A stretch of DNA of 32,279 nt from Microcystaceae cyanobacterium (GCA_041746575.1 JBGTGT010000108.1:1-32279); one strand, 5' to 3'; shown: positions 17,951 to 28,344, counted from the first letter of the stretch. Notes: generated from the sequence alone by a model not told the origin. Program-made: numbers and translations.

Positions 17951-19654
17951 GTGATTGAGCAACAGATAACTCTACTTCTAATTGATGATGATCCCATTTT
18001 TCGCCTCGGACTGTTAACGGCTTTAAATGGGTTTGAAAGTTTTCAGGTGCAAGATCAAGCGGCTAGCCCCACAGAAGCCCTAGAAAAACTCTCTACAGAA
18101 TCTTTTGATATTGTAATTATCGAACCCGAATTTAGTAATTCTTCTTTTAAAGGCTGGCGATTATGCCAACAAATTAAACAAAAGTGCCCGACTCAAAAAA
18201 TTTGTATTGTCAGTGGGACTCAAGACGTTCAACAATTATCTTTTGTGCAAAATCAAGGCATTGAAGGGTATTGTCCGAAAGGATATGCAATTTCTCAATT
18301 GGTAGGTATTCTTCAACAAATTGCTCAAGGAGATACCTATTGGTCAAGTTTATTTTCTGAAACCACAACACCCTCTAAATTCTCCCGTCGCCCTTGGTTT
18401 TCTCGCTTACGTCAATCAGGAATTGAACAAATTAATTGTAATTTGACGCCGATTAACCAACATTTAAAAAATTCGCAAATTTCGATTATAGATCGTCTGT
18501 TTTGGCAAGGAAGAAAAAGAGAATTATTAACGGCTCGTTGGTTAATTCAGCAGATGTTGCCTGTTGAAGTTATTGCTGCCTCAGAATTCCCAGCTTCAGC
18601 CGATACATTACCGTCTATTGAGGAAGAAAAAGGGTTAGTTCTCCTCAATACTACTCCCCTGGCTGTCCCCTCTTTATCTGGCGTAGTTTCTGATTCAAGT
18701 GTTTTTCAAAATACTTTAAATAAAATTCAAACAAATCTCAATAATAAGACCGAAATTCCTCTGGAAATTGACGTTCTGCAAACCTCTAAAGCCCGAATCT
18801 TATTAACGATTATCTTAACGCAATTTCAGCAACTCATTGAACAACTTCGTTACAGCGAAATTACCCTTAATCAATTACCTGAAAATCTTGCCGATTTACT
18901 CAATCCCCTCTGGCAAAATGCGAGTTTAACCTTTTTAAGTAAATTTTTTCTAGCTAATAGTGCTTATACGCTTGATGATCTTAAAGATATTTTAGAAGAA
19001 GATCAACAAGTAATTCAAGAAGAAATCTTAGATAAAATTCCTTTTTTAGATGAATTATTTGCTTATCTTTTGTTTGGAACTCCTCTATCCATTCAAGGTG
19101 TTAATTATCGTTCCGAATCCCCTGAGTCGATAGAAAAAGCTGAAAAACTCTTGCAAAATGTGATGATTCGCTTGGCTAATGCGGTCATGATTTTTATTTT
19201 AAATAACTTTTCTGAACAGGAAATAATTAAGAGTCAATTGTACAAAGATCAATTACTTTCCTCTAGAGAAATTGCCAAATTTCGCAATGAATTGTCTTGG
19301 CAATATCGTCTCAATCAATACTGGGAAACCCCTAAAGATATTTTTGAAGACCGCTATCGCATTTATGCGCTGGATACCCAAGGAATTCACAGTCTGTTCT
19401 TTTATTGTCCCCGTCAAGCTCAATTAAAACAACTGCAAGGAGTGCCTTGGCTCGTTACAATAATATTAGAAATCCGAGATGCGACCGCCCCTCGTTTTCG
19501 TTCTGTCACGGGGTGGTTAGGAGAAGGATTAATCTACGTTCTTACTCAAGTGATTGGACGTGCCATTGGCTTAGTCGGTCGCGGTATCATACAAGGGGTG
19601 GGAACAACATGGCAAGAAGCCCGTTATGGCAAAAATGCCCGTCAGGACAAGTAA
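17951..19654 (+). CDS. ycf55: Receiver-domain plus DUF3685 protein (Ycf55)
   Basis: N-terminal receiver LLIDDDPIFRLGL...GYCPKG; WQGRKRELLTARW; REIAKFRNELSW; C-terminal GRAIGLVGRGIIQG. GTG start. Confidence 0.85.
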   Translation: MIEQQITLLLIDDDPIFRLGLLTALNGFESFQVQDQAASPTEALEKLSTESFDIVIIEPEFSNSSFKGWRLCQQIKQKCPTQKICIVSGTQDVQQLSFVQNQGIEGYCPKGYAISQLVGILQQIAQGDTYWSSLFSETTTPSKFSRRPWFSRLRQSGIEQINCNLTPINQHLKNSQISIIDRLFWQGRKRELLTARWLIQQMLPVEVIAASEFPASADTLPSIEEEKGLVLLNTTPLAVPSLSGVVSDSSVFQNTLNKIQTNLNNKTEIPLEIDVLQTSKARILLTIILTQFQQLIEQLRYSEITLNQLPENLADLLNPLWQNASLTFLSKFFLANSAYTLDDLKDILEEDQQVIQEEILDKIPFLDELFAYLLFGTPLSIQGVNYRSESPESIEKAEKLLQNVMIRLANAVMIFILNNFSEQEIIKSQLYKDQLLSSREIAKFRNELSWQYRLNQYWETPKDIFEDRYRIYALDTQGIHSLFFYCPRQAQLKQLQGVPWLVTIILEIRDATAPRFRSVTGWLGEGLIYVLTQVIGRAIGLVGRGIIQGVGTTWQEARYGKNARQDK

Positions 19655-19721
19655 AGATTGAAATATCAATTCTTTTATCCTTAAAAATTCACCCATTTAT
19701 GTCAATTAAAGGAAACCTAAC

Positions 19722-21704
19722 ATGAAACAACGGTCTGGATCAATGATTGGGAAGACGAACCCAGAACGCTATCCTCCGCAAGGGGTAACCTTTTCGCTTC
19801 GTCGCCTCGCTACCTTGGGAATGCTGATCCAAACCCTCTTGATCGCGGCTCCCGTCTTAGCCCAAACAGAAACGATTAGCCAAGGAATCTCAGATAAACA
19901 AGAAGAAGTCAAGGAAAAAGACAAAGAGAATAAAAAAGGAAATAATGAGCTAAGTTATAGTCAATTATTGACTTTAATTCGCCAAAAGAAAGTGACGGAC
20001 GTTCAGGTTGATCCCGTACTACAGGAAGCAAGGGTCACTTTAACCGAACATTCTGAGAAAGATCCCCCCCTCAAAGTCCCCCTTTTTAAAAATAATCCTG
20101 AACTGATTCAGGCATTACGGGAAAATAATATCCCGTTTGAGGTGAAGCCAACAGCAGATAACTCGGCGACAGTGGGTTTATTGGTTAACCTATTACTGTT
20201 TTTAGCAGTTTTAGGCTTCTTAATGATGATTATTCGTCGTTCTGCTAATGCCTCAGGACAAGCCATGAATTTTGGCAAATCCCGCGCCCGTTTTCAAATG
20301 GAGTCCAAAACCGGCATTCAATTTAGTGATGTAGCTGGAATTGACGAAGCCAAAGAAGAATTAGAGGAAGTGGTTATTTTTCTGAAACAACCTGAGAAAT
20401 TTACGGCGGTTGGCGCAAAAATACCCAAAGGCGTTCTTTTAATTGGTGCGCCCGGAACGGGAAAAACCCTTCTAGCAAAAGCGATCGCTGGGGAGGCAGG
20501 GGTTCCCTTTTTTAGCATCTCAGGATCAGAATTTGTAGAGATGTTCGTCGGGGTAGGAGCATCCAGAGTTCGAGATTTATTCAAAAAAGCGAAAGAACAC
20601 GCCCCTTGTTTGGTATTTATCGACGAAATCGATGCAGTTGGTCGTCAGAGAGGCGTAGGCTACGGCGGAGGTAACGATGAACGGGAACAAACCCTCAACC
20701 AACTGTTGACGGAAATGGACGGCTTTGAGGGGAACAACGGTATTATTGTCATCGCTGCTACGAACCGTCCCGATGTACTAGATATGGCTCTACTGCGACC
20801 GGGTCGCTTTGATCGTCAAATTACGGTAGATTATCCCGATTATAAAGGGCGTTTGGGGATTTTAGAAGTTCACGCTCGCGATAAAAAAATGGCCCCAGAG
20901 GTTTCCTTAGAGGCGGTTGCCCGACGAACACCGGGGTTTACAGGAGCAGATTTAGCCAATGTTCTTAATGAAGCGGCGATTTTCACCGCCAGACGACGCA
21001 AAGAGGCTATGACAATGATAGAAATTAATGATGCCATTGATCGAGTAGCAGTTGGCATGGAAGGAAAGCCCATGATTGACAACAAAACAAAGCGGATGAC
21101 AGCTTATCATGAGCTAGGCCATGCGATCGTGGCAACGCTATTGAAAGATCATGATTTCGTCGAAAAAGTCACCCTCATTCCCCGAGGACGAGCTTTAGGG
21201 ATTACTTGGTTTACCCCAGATGAAGAAATTGGCATGGAAAGTCGGGCTAAGATTCTAGCGATGATTGCCTCTTCTTTAGGGGGAAGGGCGGCTGATGAAG
21301 TCATTTTCGGGAGAGACGAAATCGATTCAGGGGCTGAGAGTGATATTAAACGAGCCACCCGTCTAGCTAGAAGAATGGTGACTTTGTTTGGCATGTCAGA
21401 ATTGGGATATTTGGCCCTAGAACAAATCAATAGTCAATTTAGCGGCAATGATGGCAGTGAGGAAGGGTTTGACTATTCTCAGGAAATTGCGACCAAAATC
21501 GACCAGCAAATCCGTAAAATTAGCCAAGAAGCCTATGAAAAAGCCCGAAACATCATTCTTGCCCATCGCCCTCTAATGGATTATCTAGTAGATATTCTCA
21601 TTGATCAAGAAACCATTGAAGGAGATGAATTTCGGCGTCTGGTAGAGAAATATAAACAAAAACCCTTACCTATTTCCCAAAAACCTCTACCCGTCGTCAG
21701 TTAA
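19722..21704 (+). CDS. ftsH: ATP-dependent zinc metalloprotease FtsH (FtsH1-type)
   Basis: Walker A GAPGTGKT, Walker B VFIDEID, second region of homology [33 protein letters not shown] and GVGYGGG match the Synechocystis FtsH1 type as recalled. Confidence 0.95.
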   Translation: MKQRSGSMIGKTNPERYPPQGVTFSLRRLATLGMLIQTLLIAAPVLAQTETISQGISDKQEEVKEKDKENKKGNNELSYSQLLTLIRQKKVTDVQVDPVLQEARVTLTEHSEKDPPLKVPLFKNNPELIQALRENNIPFEVKPTADNSATVGLLVNLLLFLAVLGFLMMIIRRSANASGQAMNFGKSRARFQMESKTGIQFSDVAGIDEAKEELEEVVIFLKQPEKFTAVGAKIPKGVLLIGAPGTGKTLLAKAIAGEAGVPFFSISGSEFVEMFVGVGASRVRDLFKKAKEHAPCLVFIDEIDAVGRQRGVGYGGGNDEREQTLNQLLTEMDGFEGNNGIIVIAATNRPDVLDMALLRPGRFDRQITVDYPDYKGRLGILEVHARDKKMAPEVSLEAVARRTPGFTGADLANVLNEAAIFTARRRKEAMTMIEINDAIDRVAVGMEGKPMIDNKTKRMTAYHELGHAIVATLLKDHDFVEKVTLIPRGRALGITWFTPDEEIGMESRAKILAMIASSLGGRAADEVIFGRDEIDSGAESDIKRATRLARRMVTLFGMSELGYLALEQINSQFSGNDGSEEGFDYSQEIATKIDQQIRKISQEAYEKARNIILAHRPLMDYLVDILIDQETIEGDEFRRLVEKYKQKPLPISQKPLPVVS

Positions 21705-21906
21705 GGGTGATCGCCTGAAATCAATGACAACAAGGACTAAACCCTCGGCACTTCCAAAAAGCTAAGAGGTGGGGGAAGGGTCTGATTTCTGTCGTCATTC
21801 CTGCTCAGAATAGGGAGAAAGATCCAGATTGGGGAAATTATCCTCTACAATTAAGCAGAATATATTCGTAAATTCATCGGACACTTTCAATTACCCTAGC
21901 AGAATC

Positions 21907-22857
21907 ATGCGAATACTAACCCTTATCCCCGGTGGTATTGACGAGCAACTTTTCTTCTTTCCGACCTTAGCGGCTCTTCAACAACACTATCCTCAGGCGC
22001 TCATTGACGTATTGGTCGAACCTAGCGCAAAACCGGCCTATCGCATTTGTCCCTACGTTCATGAGGTGTTAGCCTTTGATTATCAAGATCGCAATGGATT
22101 AGCGGATTATCTTAACTTGTTAGGGGTGATTCGCGATCGAGAATATGAAATTGCCCTCAGCGCAGATGATCAATGGCTCATTGCCTTGCTACAGTGGCTT
22201 AATGGCATTCCTATCCGAGTGGGCTACGAAAATCAATCTGATTGGTTTATTAATCATCGAGTAACCCAGAAAACAGCACAATATCGCCCTTGGATGTACT
22301 ACGATTTGCTGAAAGGGTTAGGCATTCATTCCCCTTGTCCGATGCCCAAGCTCGCCCTCCCTAAAGAAGATATTCATTGGGTTGAATCGACGCAACAACA
22401 ACTTGATCTAAAAGATAGGGGTTATATTCTGCTGTATGGAGAAATTAATGAAGATAAAGGGAGTACCTATTACCCTATTCATCAATGGAAAAAAATTGTT
22501 GACGATATTCAACAAAAACAGCCCGATATCCCCATCGTTCTTTTGCAATTAGTCGAAGATGTCCCTTGGATCACTAAAATGAAAGAAGGCTATCCTCAAT
22601 TAAAGGTGATCCAACCAATGGATATGGGGAAATTAGCGGCTACCCTCGCTGGGGCAAACTTAGTGATTTGTCCGCCAAGTGTACCGATGCAGTTAGCGAT
22701 CGCCTTGGAAACTTATACGGTGGTATTTTCTACCCGGCAGGACAAAATGACCGATTTACCTCCTGAAGGAGATTCCTATAGAGTAGTTGAATCTAGTAGC
22801 GATAAAATTGCAGATATTCCCCCAGAAACAATATTAGAACAGATTTGGCGTGGCTAA
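21907..22857 (+). CDS. Glycosyltransferase family 9 (heptosyltransferase-like)
   Basis: MRILTLIPGGIDEQLFFFPTL start at ATG 21907; IPIRVGY; LAATLAGANL..P.SVPMQLAIA. Confidence 0.85.
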   Translation: MRILTLIPGGIDEQLFFFPTLAALQQHYPQALIDVLVEPSAKPAYRICPYVHEVLAFDYQDRNGLADYLNLLGVIRDREYEIALSADDQWLIALLQWLNGIPIRVGYENQSDWFINHRVTQKTAQYRPWMYYDLLKGLGIHSPCPMPKLALPKEDIHWVESTQQQLDLKDRGYILLYGEINEDKGSTYYPIHQWKKIVDDIQQKQPDIPIVLLQLVEDVPWITKMKEGYPQLKVIQPMDMGKLAATLAGANLVICPPSVPMQLAIALETYTVVFSTRQDKMTDLPPEGDSYRVVESSSDKIADIPPETILEQIWRG

Positions 22858-23428
22858 ACGAGCAGTTTTTTTAGACCGAGACGGGGTTTTGACGGTTGAA
22901 GCCAGCTACCCCTATACTTCAGAGCAGATAACCCTTCTTCCTGATGCCGCAAAAGCAGTGCGTCGGCTTAATGAGGCGGGGCTATTTTGTTGCTTGATTT
23001 CTAATCAATCGGGTTTGGCTAAAAATGACTACACGGTTTCTCAAGTTGAAACCCTGCATAAGCGTCTTCGCCGTTTGTTGAAAAAGGAAGCTGGGGCAAA
23101 ACTGGATGCCATTTACTATTGTCCTTATTTGAGTCCTATTGATGGGGGGGTTAATCCTCAGTTATCCCGTTGGAGTACTTGGCGTAAGCCGAATACGGGA
23201 ATGTTGGTGGCCGCCGCTTGGGAACACGGGTTGGATTTAAAAACAAGCTTTTTGATTGGAGATAAAGCAACCGATATTGATTTAGCACATAATGCAGGTT
23301 TAAAGGGAATTTTAGTCAAAACAGGTTACGGTGACCAAGTTCTTAGGGGAACGTTTCAACATTCTACCCGACCGGATCATATTGCGATTCATTTAGGGGA
23401 GGCGGTGGCTTGGTTATTGTCTCAGTGA
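22850..23428 (+). CDS. gmhB: HAD-IIIA phosphatase, GmhB-like (heptose 1,7-bisphosphate phosphatase family)
   Basis: Motifs FLDRDG, SNQSG, RKPNTGML and IGDKATD; start overlaps the GT9 stop. Confidence 0.8.
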   Translation: MAKRAVFLDRDGVLTVEASYPYTSEQITLLPDAAKAVRRLNEAGLFCCLISNQSGLAKNDYTVSQVETLHKRLRRLLKKEAGAKLDAIYYCPYLSPIDGGVNPQLSRWSTWRKPNTGMLVAAAWEHGLDLKTSFLIGDKATDIDLAHNAGLKGILVKTGYGDQVLRGTFQHSTRPDHIAIHLGEAVAWLLSQ

Positions 23429-23589
23429 TCGTTAAACGCAGAAGAAAGATAGAAAAAGGAAGAATTTAAAGACTTTCAGGAAATTGGGTTTAGTCATTGC
23501 CTGAAATGGCCAATATAAACGGTGTCAAGCAAGAAAACAATACGCTATGATTTAATTTGAATCCGTTTGGGTGTCTAAGGAGTGAGTGA

Positions 23590-24024
23590 ATGATGAAAAC
23601 AGTCTTAGCGATCGCTGCCTTGATGGTATCTAGTTTTGGCATTGCAACGTCCTTAATGCGGGAAGAAATGCGCTGTTACTTGGGTTTGTCTTCTCCCCCT
23701 TGTGCGATAACCGAACAACCGACGCAACCTTCCTCTTCTTTGAATAATATTAAGGAAATTAGCGAAAAAACACTTAGGCCTATTATTTTACCAGAAAATA
23801 TTCGAGAATCTATTTTAAATCCTCAGAATAATCCAATGCTTCCCGAAAAGAAAAATTCGATCCCCAAAGAAGCGGAATCCTTTACCCCTTCCGATGAAAT
23901 TCCTGTGGAGTCTGTCGGTATTATTAAGTCGGACAAAAATGAAAATGAGGAAATTCCTCATCCTGTAAGCGAAGGGATTCCCCTTGAAGTGATTCCTTTT
24001 GATAATCCTGAGCAATCACCCTAA
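23590..24024 (+). CDS. Hypothetical protein with N-terminal membrane anchor and Pro/Glu-rich tail
   Basis: SD AAGGAG upstream; hydrophobic N-terminus; contains a HIP1 site. Confidence 0.7.
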   Translation: MMKTVLAIAALMVSSFGIATSLMREEMRCYLGLSSPPCAITEQPTQPSSSLNNIKEISEKTLRPIILPENIRESILNPQNNPMLPEKKNSIPKEAESFTPSDEIPVESVGIIKSDKNENEEIPHPVSEGIPLEVIPFDNPEQSP

Positions 24025-24025
24025 T

Positions 24026-24379
24026 TTAAGCGAACGTCTTTTCATTCCACCCCCATAAATAGCCTTTCGCATCGGTAAATTCGATATACGTCCGATTGGA
24101 GGGTATGCCTAACTGTTCGGCGATGACTTGACAAAAGTCCTGACTCATGGCAATCGTTTGTTCGGGTTTCATTGCTCCCACACTCTTGATTTCCAGATAA
24201 CATACGGGATCAAACGTTCCAGCAAAGGTCATGGAAACATCTGCCTCAAAGGCTGTCATAATATAAGACTCTGGTTTGCCAAGGTGTTTGGCTAATTTTG
24301 CCGACAAAATAGTTAATAATGCTTTTACCGCTTGATTATCAGGATTTTTGATGGAAGATTGGATTTTTAGATAAGGCAT
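24026..24379 (-). CDS. MIF / phenylpyruvate tautomerase family protein
   Basis: ATG 24379 yields N-terminal Pro (MPYLKIQ), the catalytic Pro1 of the family; LGKPESYIM, IKSVG and WGWNEKTF. Confidence 0.9.
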   Translation of the reverse strand: MPYLKIQSSIKNPDNQAVKALLTILSAKLAKHLGKPESYIMTAFEADVSMTFAGTFDPVCYLEIKSVGAMKPEQTIAMSQDFCQVIAEQLGIPSNRTYIEFTDAKGYLWGWNEKTFA

Positions 24380-24519
24380 TTTAACAACGATCACAAAACA
24401 AATAATTCACTTTCTCCGAGTGTAACAAGAATTTTAATCTTAAAAAAACCTGAGAAATGATGTTAAGAATTGTAAATGACGCTAATATAGGGTTAAGATA
24501 GTCAAATAAAATAGTACAA

Positions 24520-24840
24520 ATGTCTCATATAAACCCCACCGAACAAGAAATTTTGAAAACGGTTTTAGAACCCTTGCTGGAAGATTTCCATTTTTGGTTT
24601 TCCCGCGCTCGTACCCTACTCGAATCTGAAGCGATCTCCTTTTTATCCCCAGAAGAGCAAAGTCGTTTATTAAAAAGAGTTAATCAAGCTGACCAAGAAG
24701 TCAGTGCCGCCCAGATGCTATTCCATGCTACAGACAGACAAGTCGGCGTAGATATGAATGCAATCATCCCTTGGCATAAATTAGTGGCTGAATGTTGGCA
24801 AGTTTCGATGCGCTGGCGTTCCCTTAAACAAAATGACTAA
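24520..24840 (+). CDS. DUF2605 family protein
   Basis: LKTVLEPLLEDF..WFSR and PWHKLVAECWQV. Confidence 0.8.
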   Translation: MSHINPTEQEILKTVLEPLLEDFHFWFSRARTLLESEAISFLSPEEQSRLLKRVNQADQEVSAAQMLFHATDRQVGVDMNAIIPWHKLVAECWQVSMRWRSLKQND

Positions 24841-25000
24841 TTCACGCTTAGAAAATGATAAGGATTGCCCTCATCTCAGGTAATCCTCCTATTCACTTTT
24901 CCCTCTTCTTGGTAAGCTGATGGAAGAATCTGTATTTTCCGTGATCCCTCTCCTTCCTTCCTAGTTCCACCCCTGTTATGTTTTTAGAGGATACAGCAAG

Positions 25001-25324
25001 ATGTTACACCTACTTTACATATTAGCTTTTACGATTATTGCTTTTTTAGCGGTTAGTAACTTAATTCGCAGTTTAATTACAGTCAGTATGGACTCTCAAC
25101 GGCGTTATCCGGCTAATGATCCTAGAAGTCGACGTTTTTCTTACTCCACAGCGCAAAATAAACCCATACACCCTGAATTACTGGATGACGATGGTCAAAT
25201 TCTAAACGAACCCCTTTTGGTGATTCGTTCGGTTTCGGTGGAAGACGCTCGCCTGCAATTAGATAAGCTATATGAATCTTCCCCCAGTGTTTCTAACAAT
25301 CAAGATATCGAAGAAGATGTTTAA
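25001..25324 (+). CDS. DUF2973 family membrane protein
   Basis: MLHLLYILAFTIIAFLAVSNLIRS, HPELLD and EPLLVIRS. Confidence 0.8.
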   Translation: MLHLLYILAFTIIAFLAVSNLIRSLITVSMDSQRRYPANDPRSRRFSYSTAQNKPIHPELLDDDGQILNEPLLVIRSVSVEDARLQLDKLYESSPSVSNNQDIEEDV

Positions 25325-25496
25325 TGTTTGCTCAAAACGATCCATTTTCGGCTTGTCAGACGTGATGAAACTTCTTGTTCAATCTTGAAACCATTTGACC
25401 CTTTTTTTTTAAATTGACCGAGTCAGCTACCACTGATTGTGATGGAAGCGGCTCTGGTTTTACATTTTTTTTCTAACGGGAAAATATACAGTTTAA

Positions 25497-26213
25497 ATGA
25501 AAAAAATCCCCCCGATTCAAAAGCAAGAATTATTATTACAGGCATTAACCCATCGTTCCTATGTTAATGAACATCCTGAAGTAGAACACAATGAACGATT
25601 AGAATTTTTGGGGGATGCCATTTTAGGATTTATTATGGCGGGGTTATTGTATGAGCATTATCCCCATTTGAGTGAAGCTGAATTAACCCGTTTACGATCT
25701 AAATTAGTCGATGTTACCCAACTCTCTCAAGTTGCACGACAGTTGAAAATTGGTCAATTGATGAAATTAGGAAAAGGTGCAGATAAAGATGGGGGTAGGG
25801 AGAATCCTTCCTTATTATGTGACACTTTTGAAGCGATCATTGGAGCGTATTATTTAGATGCTGGAATTGAAGCGGTGCAAGCTTACGTTGAAGTGCTGTT
25901 TCAACCTTTTTTGGAAATCTTAGTTTTGCCAAAATCTCAACAAGTTTCTTCAAGCGTTATTGATGTAAAAAATCGTCTTCAGCAGTGGTCTTTGGCGCAT
26001 TTTAATATTATTCCTGAATACGTTTTAGTCGAAGAAAGTGGCTTAGATCATGCTAAGGAGTTTACTTTTGAAGTGTGGATTAATGGTCAATACTTTGGGG
26101 CAGGTAAAGGACGCAAGAAGCAAGATGCAACCAAAGAGGCGGCGCGCATGGCCTTAAATTTGATTGAGACTCGTTCTGCTTTTTCCCAGAGTTTTTCTTC
26201 ATCCGATCAATAA
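25497..26213 (+). CDS. rnc: Ribonuclease III
   Basis: ALTHRSY, signature NERLEFLGDA, DTFEAIIGA and C-terminal dsRNA-binding domain (KNRLQQW...HAKEF...GKGRKKQDA). Confidence 0.95.
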   Translation: MKKIPPIQKQELLLQALTHRSYVNEHPEVEHNERLEFLGDAILGFIMAGLLYEHYPHLSEAELTRLRSKLVDVTQLSQVARQLKIGQLMKLGKGADKDGGRENPSLLCDTFEAIIGAYYLDAGIEAVQAYVEVLFQPFLEILVLPKSQQVSSSVIDVKNRLQQWSLAHFNIIPEYVLVEESGLDHAKEFTFEVWINGQYFGAGKGRKKQDATKEAARMALNLIETRSAFSQSFSSSDQ

Positions 26214-26360
26214 ATTCATGGAATGATTTAAGCGTGTTAAACTTAGTTATTATAGATTGCGGTACAGCTAGTCTAAAATGGCCGTGGAAAGGGTTCGCCC
26301 ACTGACTTTGCTTGTTCAACAATGGCTGAGACCTATTCACCAGAAACCTATAGTAATCAA

Positions 26361-27428
26361 TTATATTTCATCCCAACCCGCTAAGCCAGAGGACATGGTA
26401 TAGTTGGTAACGGTTGCTTCAAAAAAATTGGCTTTAGTATTGCCTTCTTTTTTGGTATCCGAAAATCGTTCAAGATGGTTGTAGGGACTTTTACTGTATT
26501 TTTCGTCTGTATAGAGGGGATCTAATCCGATAGCACGCAGACGAATATTGGCTAAATATTTGGTGTATTGCTCTGTACTAAATTCAGTAATCCCCAAGAT
26601 ATTATTACCAATAATATGATTCGTCCAACGGCATTCGTATTTTACTGCTGTATCAAACATTTCGTAAATTTGATCAACAGAATGGGTAAAAACGTCCATC
26701 GCTTCAGGAATCATTTTTTGATATAATCGGACGTGACTGAGTTCATCCCGATTAATCATTTTAAAGATGTCCGCAGAACCGGGCATTAACATTCTAGAGG
26801 CTAAGTTATAAAAATAGATAAAGCCGTTGTAAAAATAAAGACCTTCCAATAAATAATCAGCCAGTAACGAAATAAAATAATTTTCTGACGTCGGATAGTC
26901 AATATACTTTTGATAGAGGGTAGCAATAAATTTACACCGTTCTTTTAAAATATGATCAGTTCGCCAAAAATCATAAACCTCATCCCGTTTTTCGGCAGGG
27001 ATAATACTTTCGATCATGTATTGATAACTCTGATTGTGCATTCCCTCTTGAGAAATTTGTTCTGCCATACACAAGCTAATTTCTGGAGCAGTAACACAGC
27101 TTTTAAGATGAGGAATATTACAGGTTTGAATCGAGTCTAAAAAGGTTAAATAAGATAAAATACCATCAAAAGCATAGCGTTCATCGTCAGTCAAATTCCA
27201 GTAATCGGTTACATCTTGTGTAATATCTAATTTCTGTGGAATCCAAAAATTTTCACGCATTTGTTGATACAAACCAATCGCCCAAGTATAGCGTACATCA
27301 TTTAATTGCATTAGGTTGGTTGTATTGCCAAACCAAATAGAACGATTTTCGATTCTATCATCTCCATCGGGATTAAAAATAGGATTAATGGGCATTTGGA
27401 TCAAGGCATTTCCTGAAGTGAGACTCAT
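26361..27428 (-). CDS. nrdB: Class I ribonucleotide reductase beta (radical) subunit
   Basis: ENFWIP; ligands TFLDS, QE..H...Y, LEGLYFY and RDELSH; C-terminal NFFE...TNY. Start placed at ATG 27428 (27395 also possible). Confidence 0.92.
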   Translation of the reverse strand: MSLTSGNALIQMPINPIFNPDGDDRIENRSIWFGNTTNLMQLNDVRYTWAIGLYQQMRENFWIPQKLDITQDVTDYWNLTDDERYAFDGILSYLTFLDSIQTCNIPHLKSCVTAPEISLCMAEQISQEGMHNQSYQYMIESIIPAEKRDEVYDFWRTDHILKERCKFIATLYQKYIDYPTSENYFISLLADYLLEGLYFYNGFIYFYNLASRMLMPGSADIFKMINRDELSHVRLYQKMIPEAMDVFTHSVDQIYEMFDTAVKYECRWTNHIIGNNILGITEFSTEQYTKYLANIRLRAIGLDPLYTDEKYSKSPYNHLERFSDTKKEGNTKANFFEATVTNYTMSSGLAGWDEI

Positions 27429-27665
27429 GGTAAATTGGTGCAATTATTTAACGCTACTCAGTATATCCTAACTTTCAAGTTTATGCCAAGAAGTTAATGA
27501 AGATAGGGCATTTAAACGACCATGAAACTAATCTATTTTCTCGCTCCTTTACTTCCGTCAGTCTCTTGAAAACTCCGGTAGACTCATCCTAGATAAACCA
27601 TTTGAGAAAGAATAAAATGCTATGATTTAATAAAATATATTTGATTCAATCAACAGGAATATTTT

Positions 27666-27839
27666 ATGTTTGGATTAGGTTGGCCAGAAGTGATGCTCAT
27701 CTTACTTGTTATTGTTCTCATCTTCGGACCCAAAAAATTGCCAGAAATCGGCAGTTCTCTAGGTAAAACCTTACGGGGGTTTAAGGAAGAAATGAAGGAT
27801 CAAGAAACCTCTGACGATTATACCACAGAGGATGATTAA
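27666..27839 (+). CDS. tatA: Twin-arginine translocase subunit TatA (57 aa; absent from ORF track)
   Basis: MFGLGWPEVMLILLVIVLIFGPKKLPEIGSSLGKTLRGFKEEMKDQETSDDYTTEDD: transmembrane helix, FG hinge and amphipathic helix. Confidence 0.95.
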   Translation: MFGLGWPEVMLILLVIVLIFGPKKLPEIGSSLGKTLRGFKEEMKDQETSDDYTTEDD

Positions 27840-27942
27840 GATAGCTTTAAATAAGCGATTTTACTTCTCATATTTATCTTTTCTTAAGGCTATTCTCCAA
27901 TACGCTTATTCTGCGTTTAAACCGATTATTTCTCAATAATTA

Positions 27943-27972
27943 AGGGACGAAAAAACTGAATTTCTCGTCCCT
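27943..27972. terminator. Probable bidirectional terminator hairpin
   Basis: AGGGACGA (27943-27950) / TCGTCCCT (27965-27972) between convergent genes. Confidence 0.6.
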
Positions 27973-27999
27973 GTTTACTAGGTGGTTCGGATGATCGCT

Positions 28000-28344
28000 C
28001 TAAGCAATGGGAATTGCTGTCAGAATGTTCTTTGTCCATGTGAGGATTGAGTGATTAACGCCAGTTGGTGACTGAGGAATCGGACGATTTTCAGCTTCTG
28101 CCTTGGGCATAAGTAAGAAATCAGAAGATCGCACCATTAATTTACCTTTTTCGAGATCGTCCCGCAATTGACGACCTGTTTTCCAAGAATGGTACTTTTG
28201 GACGTCCCAACGGGGATTTAACGGTAATCCCATAAAACCTGAGCGCAAGGCTGCGTGTTGTTCTGGAGGAATCGTCGTATTGACCAAAATGTTATCTTTA
28301 AGATCAACCACCCTTGGGTTACGATGGTGAAACGCTTTCAACAT
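28000..28344 (-). CDS. Conserved cyanobacterial hypothetical protein
   Basis: Open frame containing ALRSGF.G.P.NPRW....Y..WKTGRQLR. SD-like AAAGGGGG is best spaced to ATG 28344 (28350 possible). Confidence 0.72.
   Translation of the reverse strand: MLKAFHHRNPRVVDLKDNILVNTTIPPEQHAALRSGFMGLPLNPRWDVQKYHSWKTGRQLRDDLEKGKLMVRSSDFLLMPKAEAENRPIPQSPTGVNHSILTWTKNILTAIPIA

Larger units (their letters stand above)
2366..23615. repeat. HIP1 octamer GCGATCGC, dispersed
   Basis: Copies start at 2366, 4434, 10237, 10667, 11490, 12078, 14845, 15710, 17179, 20481, 22696 and 23608. Confidence 0.9.

Noticed and set aside
26214..26360. Small hairpin GGG-TTCG-CCC between rnc and nrdB as an RNA gene
   Set aside because: Only a 3-4-bp stem; no tRNA or other recognisable RNA architecture.
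1087..27140. Short ORFs nested in or antisense to long genes (e.g. 1087, 1852, 7070, 7098, 9277, 10090, 11131, 11639, 11917, 13263, 13497, 13618, 14272, 15150, 15504, 15704, 16665, 19405, 20318, 20870, 21149, 23815, 26080, 26952)
   Set aside because: They overlap well-supported genes and show no recognisable motifs.
27444..27665. NrdR boxes upstream of nrdB; stand-alone nrdB as an oddity
   Set aside because: No convincing NrdR consensus found; separated nrdA and nrdB genes are ordinary in cyanobacteria.
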